This document shows positions 23,835 to 37,551 of a DNA stretch of 64,000 nucleotides, piece after piece. The translations under genes were made by a program, and so were the position numbers. Every line of letters starts with the position of its first letter. Positions within the stretch are counted from its first letter, which is position 1. The notes below the pieces were generated by a model, which saw nothing but the letters and a program-made list of their open reading frames with translations, did not search any database and was not told the DNA's origin. The DNA comes from Octopus sinensis (Eukaryota): positions 157,480,001 to 157,544,000 of the forward strand of contig NC_042999.1 in NCBI RefSeq assembly GCF_006345805.1, in the 5' to 3' direction.

Positions 23835-25750
23835 AAATCAAAATAAGCAACAAGGATATCCACAGGTAATGCAGTATGATCGTTTCATGCAACTCCATTT
23901 AATTGAAAAATGCAATCATTACATCAATTTATCTCTTTCTTAAATGGCTCTACCCTCCTGAACTTAGTATTTATAAGGACCCTTATATAAATAACCCTTC
24001 TAAACAAGTACCACTAAGAAACTATAAATATCATGTAGGGAGTAACAATAATAACTTCTTAAACCTATAATATAACCCTTAGTTTTTAAAAAAAGATTAG
24101 TGTAAAATAGGATTGTTCCAAAACTTAAATATTCCTTCACCTGATACCAGACATCAGTCTTTTATTGATATTAGCTAAATAAGTAAATATATAATTTTTA
24201 GTCTAATATATTTTGAATTATTATACTTTTCCTAAAGTCTTCTCTATTGGTGTTAGTAAGTGACATATACTTTACCATAGTATTAGTAATTAAGCTATTT
24301 TATTTCCTTTTCTATGGTGTCCTGCCCTACTTTGTTATTTTATTTTATTTCTTTATTATTTTAGAATTAGCCTTTATTTATTTAGGAAATTAATCTAATT
24401 TTAGTATCTCTATAAATTCATACTTAGCTTATATAAAACTATACTGGTATATTCACTACTTATAAAAAAAAACTGCTTAGATTATAATTTTATTAATATA
24501 TGATTAGTATGTTCCTTTACCTCAATACTCCTTTATTAATACCAGTATATACCAATTAATCAATATTCGCAGGAGTGGCTGTGTGGTAAGTAGCTTGCTT
24601 ACCAACCACATGGTTCCGGGTTCAGTCCCACTGCGTGGCATCTTGGGCAAGTGTCTTCTGCTATAGCCTCGGGCCGACCAATGCCTTGTGAGTGGATTTG
24701 GTAGACGGAAACTGAAAGAAGCCTGTCGTATATATGTATATATATATGTGTGTGTATGTTTGTGTGTCAGTGTTTGTCCCCCCCTAGCATTGCTTGACAA
24801 CTGATGCTGGTGTGTTTACGTCCCCGTCACTTAGCGGTTCGGCAAAAGAGACTGATGGAATAAGTATTGGGCTTACAAAGAATAAGTCCCGGGGTCGATT
24901 TGCTCGACTAAAGGCTGTGCTCCAGCATGGCCACAGTCAAATGACTGAAACAAGTATAAAGAGTATACCATCTGATGAGTTAGTATTTAAGTGTACATTA
25001 TGTATAAATATTAAACTATTTCTGGATAATTTCTTTTCCTCCCTCTATTGTGGTAAAAGTTTGGTGTATACTCAAAAGTATTCATGAATTTCTATCCGTT
25101 TGTTACAATATTCTTCTTAATAATCTCTTGAATAACCCTAAACTTTAACTGTATACAATATAGCAACATTTAACTATAAAAATACATGACTTCTCCTGTT
25201 TCATTATCAATGGTCTGCTAGTGGGCAACCCTCTTAATTGTCAGCTAACATCTTGTTTTAAGTTTTCCTTTACCAAATCTCATGATATTGCTTCTAATAA
25301 ATCTTAATGTTTATGACAATACCAATTATGATGTCTGTCTGCTCCCTCAGCCCTACTCCTAACAGATACTACCCTCTGTTCTCTCAGCCTTAGCTATACA
25401 AGGATTTTGATAAACTAGTCTATAAATTAAAATTGACCCCATAAAAACAAGAAAATCTGTGACAGGCAGAGTCTGTAACAATGTATATCTTCTTGAAAAG
25501 CTCAGTAACTGCTATGCTGGAGTAAGAACAGCATGTTCTTTGTCTATTTCCTTAACTTCTTGGAGATTTTAGGTATAATTATACTGATGTGTCCATCTGT
25601 TCTAATTTAATTAAATTCTATGTTTTTGTGCAGCTGAAGATTGTTCTACATTTTAAATTGATGTAATGGTTGCATTGCTCAATTAAATGGAGTTGCATGA
25701 AACGATCGTACAGCATTACCTCTGGATATCCTTGTTGCTTATTTTGATTT
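23835..25750. repeat. Region bounded by ~95-bp inverted repeats (23835-23932 / 25655-25750); possible Penelope remnant
   Basis: The arms are reverse complements with few mismatches. The interior is AT-rich and contains a SINE. Confidence 0.65.
24569..24960 (+). mobile_element. tRNA SINE family A
   Basis: gcaggagtggctgtgtggtaag...ctgaaacaagta. Confidence 0.9.
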
Positions 25751-25807
25751 TATATATATATATATGTATAAATATATATATATTATATATATATATATAT
25801 ATATATG

Positions 25808-25876
<69 letters not shown>

Positions 25877-25999
25877 AAATATATATATATATATGTATAA
25901 TATATATATATGTATAAATATATATATATATATATGTATAAATATATATATATATTATATATATGTATATGTATAAATATATATATATATATATATATG

Positions 26000-26087
<88 letters not shown>

Positions 26088-26105
26088 AATATATATACAT
26101 ACACA
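25750..26105. repeat. (TA)n-based microsatellite with periodic gtataaa interruptions
   Basis: Seen directly. Confidence 0.95.
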
Positions 26106-26304
26106 CATACATGTGCATGTATAAAACTAACCTGAATTTGTGTTCCTCATTACAGTTGTCTATTTTGTTGTCTCTGAAAAAGAAAATAAAAAAAGTTTTT
26201 TTTACAAGCAATAGATTTATTTAATGCAGAAACACACACATAATGATATTAATATCGTAATATAATGTTGAAGTTAGTAAGGAAATGGATGTTCAATTAT
26301 TATT

Positions 26305-27355
26305 ATTATTAGCCTGCACGTGTAAGCAAAAGCAGGGTATTATAATCTTTGTCTGTTTGTCTGTGTTTGTAGAGTTACTGGAAAACGGTTGAACAGGTTT
26401 TCACCACACTTGGTAGAAATACTCATTGGGTGAGTGGCTCAAAATGATGGGCATTTGGTTGGATTTTCTTAAAAAAAAAATCGAACTTAAAAATTTCCTG
26501 ATAAGTGTGTATAGATCTTGATGCACCTATACGCGTAGATATGTGTGTGTACATACATACATACATAGATATATATATATATACAAACATATATATATAT
26601 ACGAACATATATATACAAACACACACATACAAATATATATACAAACATATACACACAAATATACATACAAATATATATATATATTCAAATATATATATAC
26701 AAACATATATACAAATATATATATACAAACATATATATACAAACATATATTTACAAACATATATACAAACATGTATATACAAACATGTATATACAAACAT
26801 ATATATACAAACATATATATATACAAACATATATATACAAACATATATATACAAACATATATATATACAAGCATACATACATAGATACATACATAAATAA
26901 AAACATACATAGATATGCAACTGTGCGTGTACAGTGAGGGATTCGAGGGTTTTGTTTATTTACAATTTGATTTCTTAATTTCACTGGAGTATAAATACCT
27001 ATAATGATGATACTTAAAAAAAACTTTTTTTAATCAAACTTACAAAAAAACCATAAGCAAGTGGTCATATTATCTTGTTCACTTTCTTTTTCATATGAAT
27101 CAACCCTCATCTGCATGTGTATAGATCATGGTGTACCTATGCACAGATACACAGATATACGATTCTTTGTGTGAGTGTGTGTGCGCGCATGCATGTGTGT
27201 ACAGTGATGGATTCGAGGATTTCATTTATTTACAGCTTGATTTCTTAATTTCCCCCAGAGTATAAATACCTGTAATGATGATACTTATAAAAAAAAAATT
27301 AATTCAGTTCAATTAAAATGCATGGGTAAGCAACGCATTGTAAGCCATACTATAA
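26305..27355 (+). mobile_element. Helentron-associated (DINE/HINE-like) element with internal duplication and (tacaaacatata)n expansion
   Basis: gggtattata followed by GTCT-type repeats at the 5' end and a 3' aatgc..gcatt stem. An ~200-bp unit is duplicated at about 26507-27025 and 27117-27298. Confidence 0.5.
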
Positions 27356-27389
27356 TTTGCGAAATAATGCCTTTTTTTCCATTATTATT

Positions 27390-27680
27390 ATTGTAAGGAC
27401 TACTTTCTCTGTTAGTCTTCCAGTTATACCACTGCACCTCATATGTAAACTTAGCTTGCACTCGGTACACCTTAAACAACTTTTCTACATATCAAGCAGG
27501 GCCATCTCCATGAAGGGATCTATTTTCCTATTTATCAATAGTTTGGTCTTTGTTAAATTATTTCCAAAGCCCTTTGATTCCAGCTCTTGGCATCCATCCA
27601 CATCACATGACCAAACCAGCACAATCTTCTCCCTTGCACACAGCAACCAATTACTCTTAACTTTTCTCTGTCAAATATGT
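27390..27680 (-). mobile_element. RTE LINE fragment
   Basis: Similar to the RT region at 7660-7810. Confidence 0.7.
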
Positions 27681-27729
27681 ACGTTTAAAGTTCTATATTT
27701 AAGAGATGAGGAATTATGTACATTACTCT

Positions 27730-28114
27730 TTACTCTTTTACTTGTTTCAGTCATTTGACTGCGGCCATGCTGGAGCACCGCTTTTAGTCGAGCAAATCGA
27801 CCCCGGGACTTATTCCTTGTAAGCCCAGTACTTATTCCATCGGTCTCTTTTACCGAACCGCTAAGTGACGGGGACGTAAACACACCAGCATCGGTTGTCA
27901 AGCAATGCTAGGGGAACAAACACAGACACACAAACACACACATACATATATACGACAGGCTTCTTTCAGTTTCTGTCTACCAAATCCACTCACAAGGCAT
28001 TGGTCAGCCCGGGGTTATAGCAGAAGACACTTGCCCAATATGCCACGCAGTGGGACTGAACCCGGAACCATGTGGTTGGTTAGCAAGCTACTTACCACAC
28101 AGCCACTCCTGTGC
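27730..28114 (-). mobile_element. SINE family A
   Basis: Full-length family match. Confidence 0.9.
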
Positions 28115-28368
28115 CTTATTTATATTATTTACATTATTTATATTTGACGAATAATTGTCCTCATTTTGTTTGTTCTTAACACAACATTTCGGCTGATATA
28201 CCCTCCAGCCTTCATCAGGTGTCTTAAGGAAATTTCGAACCCGGGTTCTCATTCCTAAGGTATTTTTTGCTGTTGCTGTAGTTATTATTATTATTCAGGC
28301 TACTGCCTGGAATCAGACTTGGAATCTTGGGGTTAGTAGCCCGTGCTCTTAACCACTACGCCATATGC
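28115..28368 (-). mobile_element. tRNA SINE family D carrying a hammerhead motif
   Basis: tRNA-like head ggcgtagtggttaagagcacgggctactaac; (taaataatg)n tail. Confidence 0.8.
28178..28223 (-). ncRNA. Penelope-type minimal hammerhead motif in SINE D
   Basis: GACAC-CTGATGA-A-GGCTG(gagggtatat)CAGCC-GAAA-T-GTT-GTGTT. Confidence 0.6.
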
Positions 28369-28424
28369 ACTTGGGTAATTGTGGAGTAAATAAGCCCTAA
28401 AATTCTCTCTATAATTATCCATGA

Positions 28425-28678
28425 GCATATGGCATAGTAGTTAAGAGCGCGGGCTACTAACCCCAAGATTCTGAGTTCAATTCTAAGCAGTGACTTGAAT
28501 AATGATGATGATGATAATAATAATAATAGTAATAATAACAGCGAAAAATACCTTAGAAATGAGAACCCAGGTTCGAAATTTCCCCCAAGACACCTGGTGG
28601 GTATATCAGCTGAAACATTGTGTTAACAACAAACAATTTGAGGACAAATATCGTCAAATGTAAATAATGTAAATAATG
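28425..28678 (+). mobile_element. SINE family D, inverted partner copy (hammerhead core partly deleted)
   Basis: Reverse-complement match to 28115-28368, with a 56-nt spacer between the heads. Confidence 0.8.
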
Positions 28679-28679
28679 C

Positions 28680-29700
28680 ACACTTACATTACACATCCAG
28701 CGGAGCATACTGGCCTCCTTCCTTTCCAACCTTTGCATGTCCCCTGCATTTAGGGCTCATGTCTCACTACCATGTAGAATTGCTGTCTGTATACATACAT
28801 CATACAATCTTCCTTTCACCCGGAGAGAGAAACTTTCCGTGGCCAACAGAGGTTTCCTCCATCCTATTCTTATTCTAGCTATCAAACTCTCCATGTATCC
28901 TCCCCACTCCTAATTTGGTTCCCTAGGCAACAGAAGTTATCTACTACCTCTAATGAGTCACCAGAATACTTGAGAAAATCAATTTCCCAAGTTCCTTAAG
29001 TTTTTATGGACCCTGTGCATTTTCCACATATGAACTATCTTCTTCGATAACCTTCCTATTAATACATGGCACCTCTTGTGTGTCCATAGCTTACACTGGG
29101 TACACTGTATGGAGTTCCTGCCAATACCTTTCCTACAAAACAAACGGGGCCACCTACCTGAGGTGGGTAGGGTCCAGTCAGTTTTTTTTTTTTGTTACTA
29201 GGACCTTAGTCTGTGCTAAGTTAATCTTAAGGCCCTTAAATTCCAGGTTTTGCTTCCACACCTGGAATTTCTCATCTAGCTCTGATATGGAATCTGCTAT
29301 GAGGGAAAGATGATTAGCATATAGTAGGTCCCAGGGGCTGCATGTCTTGAATTTCTCTGTTATGGCCTGGAAGACAATGATGAAAAGGAAGGGACAAAGA
29401 CCTGAGCCTTGATGAACCCCTACCTGTACACCAAATTCTTCACTGTACTTGTTAACTCTCACCTTACTAACAGCATCTTTGTACATGGCCTGTACAGCTT
29501 TCACCAGCCACACATCTATCCCTAGCCTCCTCAGAGCCCACCATATCACACAGCAGGGTACTCTATCAAAGGCTTTCCCTAGATCAACAAATGCCAGGTA
29601 TAATGGTTTATTCTTAGCTAAGTACTTCTCTTGCAGTTGCCTGACTACGAAAATAGCATTGGTAGTGCTTATTCCCAGATAAAGCCAAACTGTATTTCAT
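28680..29700 (-). mobile_element. RTE LINE RT fragment
   Basis: WWALRRLGI, GVHQGSGLCPFLF, LLYANHL, GLKINLAQTK. Confidence 0.85.
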
Positions 29701-30069
29701 CTGGCCTAATTCTATTTATTAGGCTATAACTCTTTCTGTAATTTTCATCACTGGATCCAAGAGTTTGATGACTCTATAACTGCACGTACTTGAATTCAGA
29801 CGTCTCAATGTGGCTTTAACAATTGGTGCGGGGGTATGGCACAACAAGTCTAGACAGGATTAAAAATTGGTAGAGTAACAGCCCAGAATATACTCCTGCC
29901 CAGACTATACCTGGGGCAAGACACAATGAAAATTTTAGGAAAATAAGAATAAGAAATAAGTAGAAATTTTACCGTTGAGTGTGTTAAGTTATAAGGCAGA
30001 AAAAGAAAATGACTTTCCTCAGATACAACTGTGTGTATATATGTATATATATATATATATTTAATCTTG

Positions 30070-32510
30070 TTGCAAGCATGGATGATCGCTAGTGGCGATC
30101 CGCCAAACAACATCATCACTGCTGCACTGAAAAACAATGGCTCTTGTAGAACCATTGATCAGATAGAGCGGAAGAAAAATGAATTCATCTGATCCTATAT
30201 GTTTATGAGACCACACATTGACACCCTGGATGTCATAATGGAAATCTATTGTGGTGAGGCTGATAAGAATAGAGAAAAGGAGACAAAACCTAGAAGTGTC
30301 TTTGATCCAGTGGTTCCTCAAAAAAATGTAACCCCTGCCCGTGTGAACAACCAGGCAGAAAAGGATGGGAGAGCCAAGGAAGCAGTAATCAGAAGCCCCT
30401 CTGTGCCAATGGTCCTACAAAGGAATGGAACCCTCACCCCCACTGGACAAACCAGAGGAAAGACATACCCACCAGAAGAAAAGGAAGGACAGATCATGAA
30501 GAAAGAAAGGGAGAAAAACAAAAAGGAAAAATTAAAATACCCAAAGCCAAAACCCCAACATACCAAACAAAAAACAGAAAACCCTATGGAGGATCCAATG
30601 CAATCCAAAACCCTAGAGGAGGGAAGAAATTTGTAAGACACTCAAGGACCTGCAAATTTTACCTGCAAAGGCAAATGTTGGCATGGAGAAGGCGACAAAA
30701 ACTGCCGGTTTGCTCACCCCGACAAAACTACAGGGGCTTTAAGGAGATAAACTTCCCCGAGAAAAGACAACAACCGTCCCCAAAATATAGAAATGAAGTG
30801 CGTCCTTCAGAGGTTATGTGCAAGGCAGCAACTGAGCAAGAGTCTTTTTTGTGCATGACGCAAAAGATTGTGCAGCAGCTGACTTGGCCACACAAAGTGC
30901 AAACAAGGAACCTTGCCCACCACTGCACAAGACTACCACAATCAACAGACACGGATGGCATCCCCTAATGCCTTCACAGTCGTCACACCAATATTTTTAC
31001 TAAATATTGGGGGCCTTTTGCATCATAATAAAAGCAAAATTTCTTTCCTGAGAGAACTTGCTGCATGCAATCAAGCACTATGCATAGCACTCATGGAAAC
31101 TCACCTCAGCCCTGATATAGAGGATGCAGAAGTACACGTACCAAAATATGCCATACTGCGAACAGACAAAGGGAAAAGGAGCCATGGGGGAGTTGCTGTA
31201 TACATCCATGATGACCTCACACCCCAGGAATTACTGTCATACTCAAATTCGGTATGTGACACTCTAATTGTATACATAAGACAACACAATATAGTCATAT
31301 GCAATACGTATTGCCCACCAGATGCTCCAAACCACATAGGCAAGTTTGAAGATTGCCTCACAAGAATTAAAGAAATCCTCATGAATCTGGAACACCATGT
31401 GAGCATATTTCTTATGGGTGATTTCAACTTCCCCAACATCAAATGGCCTCATGCTCTCAGGAATGACTCATTGCAAACAAGCACAAGTGGTGTCCCTGCT
31501 CAACCTCACCAATACCCTATTCATGGAGCAAGTTGTACTCAAACCAACTAGGGCGAATAACATTCTGGATCTCTGCTTCACAAACAATATCGACATCGTT
31601 CATGAAGTGAAAGTGATGCCAAGATTAGTCTCGGATCGCAGCATAATAGCGAAAGAAACAGCCTGAGTACGCTGCAAGATAGGATCCCTCTTCCAAAAGG
31701 ATGGCTCCCTCACAGACAGTCCAACTAGGATCAGTGAGGTACTGAATGACCAGTTCAAAAGTGTCTTTACTACCACCCTGTTGGAACACAGACAAGTGAA
31801 CGAACCAATGGACTTCTTTGCTGCCTCACCTATAACCAGTGAAGCAGTTACGATGGAATACATCAATATTAGCGAAGAAGATATACTACTAGCCATAGAT
31901 GAAGTGGACACAAACTCAACTGCTGGTCCTGATGGTTTCCCAGCAATCCTCCTCAAATCGTGTAAGCATGCCCTGGCAAAACCCCTCCAGATTCTCTTCC
32001 AGAACTTTCTTGCAAATAGTAGACTGCCAAGCAAGCTGAAGGAGGGAATAATATGCCCAATCCATAAAGGGGGAAGCAGAGCCCATGCCAAAAACTATAG
32101 GCCTATCTCTCTAACTTCACACATCAGCAAAGTCATGGAATGGATAGTCAGAGGAAAACTAATTGCATTCTTTGAAGAAAATAACTTGCTGAGTGATACC
32201 CAGCATGGCTTTTGACCAGGTAGGAGCTGCCTGACCCAGCTCTTACAACATTATGACTGGGTATTGAGGCAGTTACTCAACAACTCAAATGTGGATGTAA
32301 TATAACTTGATTTTGCAAAAGCTCTTGACAAGGTGGATCATGGTATGATATGCCACAAACTGGGTGATCTGGGCATAGCTGGAAAATTTGGAGAGTGGTT
32401 ACATGACTTTCTGAAAGATAGAAGTCAGGCAGTCGTAGCTATTGGAGCCACCTCTATGAAAACAGAAATAGTGAGCGGTGTTCCACAAAGCAGTCTTGGG
32501 GCCACTGCTT
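30070..32510 (+). mobile_element. CR1-group LINE copy 1: ORF1 (CCCH finger), APE endonuclease, RT truncated at SGVPQ
   Basis: METHL, GGVAVYI, GDFNFP, AGPDGFP, NYRPISLTS, QHGF motifs. Confidence 0.85.
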
Positions 32511-32511
32511 T

Positions 32512-35350
32512 TTAAGCATGGCCCAGAAAATAGTGCATCAACTAACATGGATACAGAGTCAACACCATACAAACCACTATCCAAGACCACCACAGATGAT
32601 GGATCCAGGATGGCCACCACCAACACCAGAGACCCCTGCACAGATATCACACCCATATTCCTACTGAGTATCTGGGCCCTATTACGAACAGGCGGCAGAG
32701 ACAAGTTTCTATACCTGAAAGACCTAGCTGCATGCAATCAAGCAATATGCATGGTGCTTACCGAAACGCATCTAACATCTAATATAGCAGACGTGGAGAT
32801 AAACATACCAGAGTATGCCGTACTCCGAACAGACAGAAAAGATAGAAGTCATGGGGGAGTTGCAATGTACATCCGAGAAGATGTCACACTCCTACAACTC
32901 TTATCACACTCAAACTCTGTCTGTGACACTTTAATAGTACACATAAAACAAATTGATGTAGTTGTATGTTTAACATACCATCCACCAAATACCTCAAAGC
33001 AGGAGGGTAAATTTGAGGATAGCCTCAGACGCATAGAAGAGGTCTTGACAAATCTGGACCAACACATCAATATACTTTTCCTAGGCGACTTTAACCTCCC
33101 AAATGTTAAATAGCCTGAAGGTCACATCCTCTCTGGGATGTCAGTGCATGAACAAAGCCAGGCAAAATCTTTGTAAGAACTCTCCAACATGCTGTTTCAT
33201 GGAACAAGTGATACTCCAACCAACCAAGGGAAGCAATATTTTTTAGATCTCTGCTTCACAAACAATGTGAGCCTAATCCATAATGTGAAAGTAACACCTA
33301 CATCTCTTTCAGATCGTAACATTATAGAATAAACAATGTATGGTCCTAGACAACTCACTGACACCCACCCCATCAGGAGGACTCAAGCCATATCCAACCT
33401 GAATTTCCACAGGGCGGACTGGAAGTCAATTTGCAAAGAGATTCGAAATCAAAACTGGCATGATAGCCTTTCTATACAAGACAACGACCTCAAACCAGGT
33501 CATTTTATGTCAACCATACAAGACATATGCACCAAATATGTGCCAGAAGGAAAGGCTAGCAAACGTGTCAATAGAATTCCCAGAGACAGGAAAATCCTTA
33601 TGAGACACAGAACAAAGGTCTGAAACCAGTTGAATAGAGAACTGGAGGATAGGAAAAGGGCTAAATTAAAACTAACACTGTTAGAAATAGAAAACAAAAT
33701 TAAACTGTCCCATGAAAAGGAGAAAGCAGAGAAGAAGAGAGCAGTAGAAAGCATAAAAACAAACCCCAAGGCTTTCTATAGGAGACTGCCACAGCACAGT
33801 ACAAATAGGACCCCTATTGCTGCCTAATGGCTCACTGACTGCGGACCCCAAATGGGTAAGTGAAGTGCTCAGTGCGCAATTCAAGAGTGTTTTCACTTCT
33901 CCTCTGAGCCACATGCAGATAAAGAACCCAGCTGATTTCTTTGACAATATCACTCAGCAGAAAAAGACTGCATCAATTACCTACATTGACATTGAAGAGA
34001 AAGATGTAATGGTGGCCATAAACGAAATGAGCTCAAATTCAGCAACTGGCCCCGATGGTTTCCCATCCGGATACTCTTCCAGAGTTTCCTTGCAAGTGGT
34101 AAACTTCCCAAAAAGCTGAAGGAAGGCATCATATGTCCTATCCATAAAGGTGGAAGCAGAGCAGAGGCTGGGAACTACAGGCCCATCTCTCTGACTTCAC
34201 ATATTAGCAAAGTCATAGACCAAATTGTCAGAAGGAGGCTGATTGCGTTCCTAGAAGAAAATGACTTGCTGAATGAGACCCAGCATGGTTTCCATCCAAG
34301 AAGAAGCTGCCTCGTGCAGCTCTTGCAGCATTATGACTGGGTCCTGAAGCAGCTACCTGACCATTCAAATGTCGATGTGATATATATCTTGACTTTGCAA
34401 AAGCCTTTGACAAAGTTGATCAAGGCATGATATGTCACAAGCTGCATAGCTGGTAAATTAGGAGAGTGACTGCATGACCTCCTGAATGGTAGAAGTCAGG
34501 CAGTAGCAGCCAATGGAGAATTATCTAGGGAAACGCAAATATTGAGCGGTGTTCCACAAGGAACTGGCCTGGGGCCACTACTGTTTATAGTAACCCTTCT
34601 GGACATGCCCACGGTCACTCAGACAGCCAATGTCACTAGCTACGCTGATGACACAAAACTATCTCAGGCAATAAAGAATCCTGATGATGTCATAAGCCTG
34701 CAGAATGACCTAAGTGCAATATATAAGTGGGCAGAGCAAAATAATATGCGGTTCAATGCTAAGAAATTTCAAGTACTGCGCTACAAGGCCACAAGTGTCG
34801 CCCAACTGGCATACACAGGACCTGCAGGTACTGCAATCCCAGAACCACACATAGTGAGAGACCTGGGCATCGGCACGTGTAGTGATGCATCGTTTCACAT
34901 GCACCTTGTCAAGTTGACAGGAAAGTGCTGACAACTGGCAGGGTGGATACTGAGGACATTCAGAACAAGGTATCAAAAAGTCATGTTGACTCTATAGAAG
35001 ACATTTGTTCCGAGCCGCCTAGACTAATGCTCTCAGTTGTGGTCACCACACAGTGTCAAGCTGACAGCAGAACTCGAGACAATTCAGTGTCACTATACAG
35101 AAAAAGATCGTCACATCAAGCAGATGAACTACAGGGAGTGACTGAAGGCACTAAGTCCCTACTCCCTGGATCGCAGGCGGGAGAGATATAGAATAATTTA
35201 CATATGGAAAATACTGGAAGGACAGGTACCAAACTTTTGCATCAAGTACTATACGAATGCCCACACACATCGCCACTGCATAGTACCAAGGGTTGCCGTT
35301 CAATGCATCGCACATAAGAACAAGGTACTGCAACAGCCTTGGTTTCAGAG
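32512..35350 (+). mobile_element. CR1-group LINE copy 2: ORF1 tail, endonuclease, decayed RT and C-terminus
   Basis: LTETHL, GDFNLP, SGVPQGTGLGPLLF, SYADDTK, with several stops and frameshifts. Confidence 0.85.
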
Positions 35351-35354
35351 AACC

Positions 35355-37510
35355 TCAGTATGAATACACATACACATGTATATATATATACATATGTATA
35401 TGCATACATATGTACATGCATACATATGTACATTCATACATATGTACATTCATACATATGTACATACATACATATGTACATACATATGTATATACATACA
35501 TATGTATATACATACGTATATACATACATATGTATATACATACGTATATACATACATATGTATATACATACATATGTACATACATATGTATATACATACA
35601 TATGTGCATACATATGTATATACATACATATGTATATACATACGTATATACATACATATGTACATACATATGTATATACATACATATGTACATACGTATG
35701 TATATACATACATATGTACATACGTATGTATATACATACATATGTACATACATATGTATATACATAATATGTACATACATATGTATATACATACATATGG
35801 ACATACATATGATATACTACATATGAACATCATACATATGTACAACATACATAACATACATACATATGTACATACATACATATGTAACAAATACATATGT
35901 TATACATACATATGTACATACCATACATAGTACATACATATAGTATATACATACATATGTACATACATATGTATATACATACATATGTACATACATATGT
36001 ATATACATACATATGTACATACATATGTATATACATACATATGTGATACATACATTATTACATAAATATGTAATACTCATATGTACATACATATGTATAT
36101 ACATACATATGTACATACATACATATGTACATACATATGTATATACATAATATGTACATACATAATTACATACATATGTATATACATACAATGTACATAC
36201 ATATGTATATACATACATATGTACATACATATGTATATACATACATATGTACATACATATGTATATACATACATATGTACATACATATGTATATACATAC
36301 ATATGTACATACATATGTATATACATACATATGTACATACATACATATGTACATACATACATATGTACATACATACATATGTACATACATATGTATATAC
36401 ATACATATGTACATACATACGTATATACATACATATGTACATACATACGTATATACATACATATGTACATACATACGTATATACATACATATGTACATAC
36501 ATACATATGTACATACATACATATGTACATACATATGTACATACATACATATGTACATACATACATATGTACATACATACATATGTACATACATACATAT
36601 GTACATACATATGTACATACATACATATGTACATACATACATATGTACATACATACATATGTACATACATATGTACATACATATGTATATACATACATAT
36701 GTACATACATATGTATATACATACATATGTATATACATACATATGTACATACATATGTACGTACATACATATGTATATATATACATATGTATATACATAC
36801 ATATGTATATACATACATATGTATATACATATATATAGACATATATATACCTATGTATATACACATATATGTAGATATGTATATACAAATATATATATAT
36901 ACGTATGTATATAAAAATATATATATACGCATGTATATACATATATATACATATGTATATACAACATCATCAGTGTCGCTTAACGTCTGCTTTCTATGCT
37001 AACATGGGTTACATATATACATTGTATATACATATATATATATATATATGTACATATATATATACACATATGTATATACATATATATATATGCATGCATA
37101 TACATATATATATATATGTATATACATACATATATATATATATATATATGCATGCATATACATGTATGTATATATATATACATGTATATACATATATATA
37201 CATACATGTATATACATATATATATACATGTATATACATATATATATATACACATACACATGTATATACATATACACATGTATATACATTTTTTTCTCTT
37301 TTTTTTTCTTTTTACTTGTTTCAGTCATTTTGACTGTGGCCATGCTGGAGCACCGCCTTTAATCGAGCAACTCGACCCCAGGACTTATTCTTTGTAAGCC
37401 CAGTACTTATTCGGTCACTTTTGCCGAACCGCTAAGTGAAGGGGACATAAACACACCAGCATCGGTTGTCAAGCAATGCTAAGGGGACAAACAACGACAC
37501 ACAAACATAT

Positions 37511-37551
<41 letters not shown>

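Noticed and set aside
24961-24990. Isolated CTGATGA boxes (also 34681, 48002, 50159)
   Set aside because: No downstream GAAA with complementary stems; some lie inside coding TE remnants.
25716-26984. Poly-YI and YTNI ORFs
   Set aside because: Microsatellite translations.
28425-28495. tRNA-like sequences at SINE heads (also 11340-11397, 24569-24640, 45258-45330)
   Set aside because: These are SINE heads attached to SINE bodies and do not give a full cloverleaf. Not called as tRNA genes.
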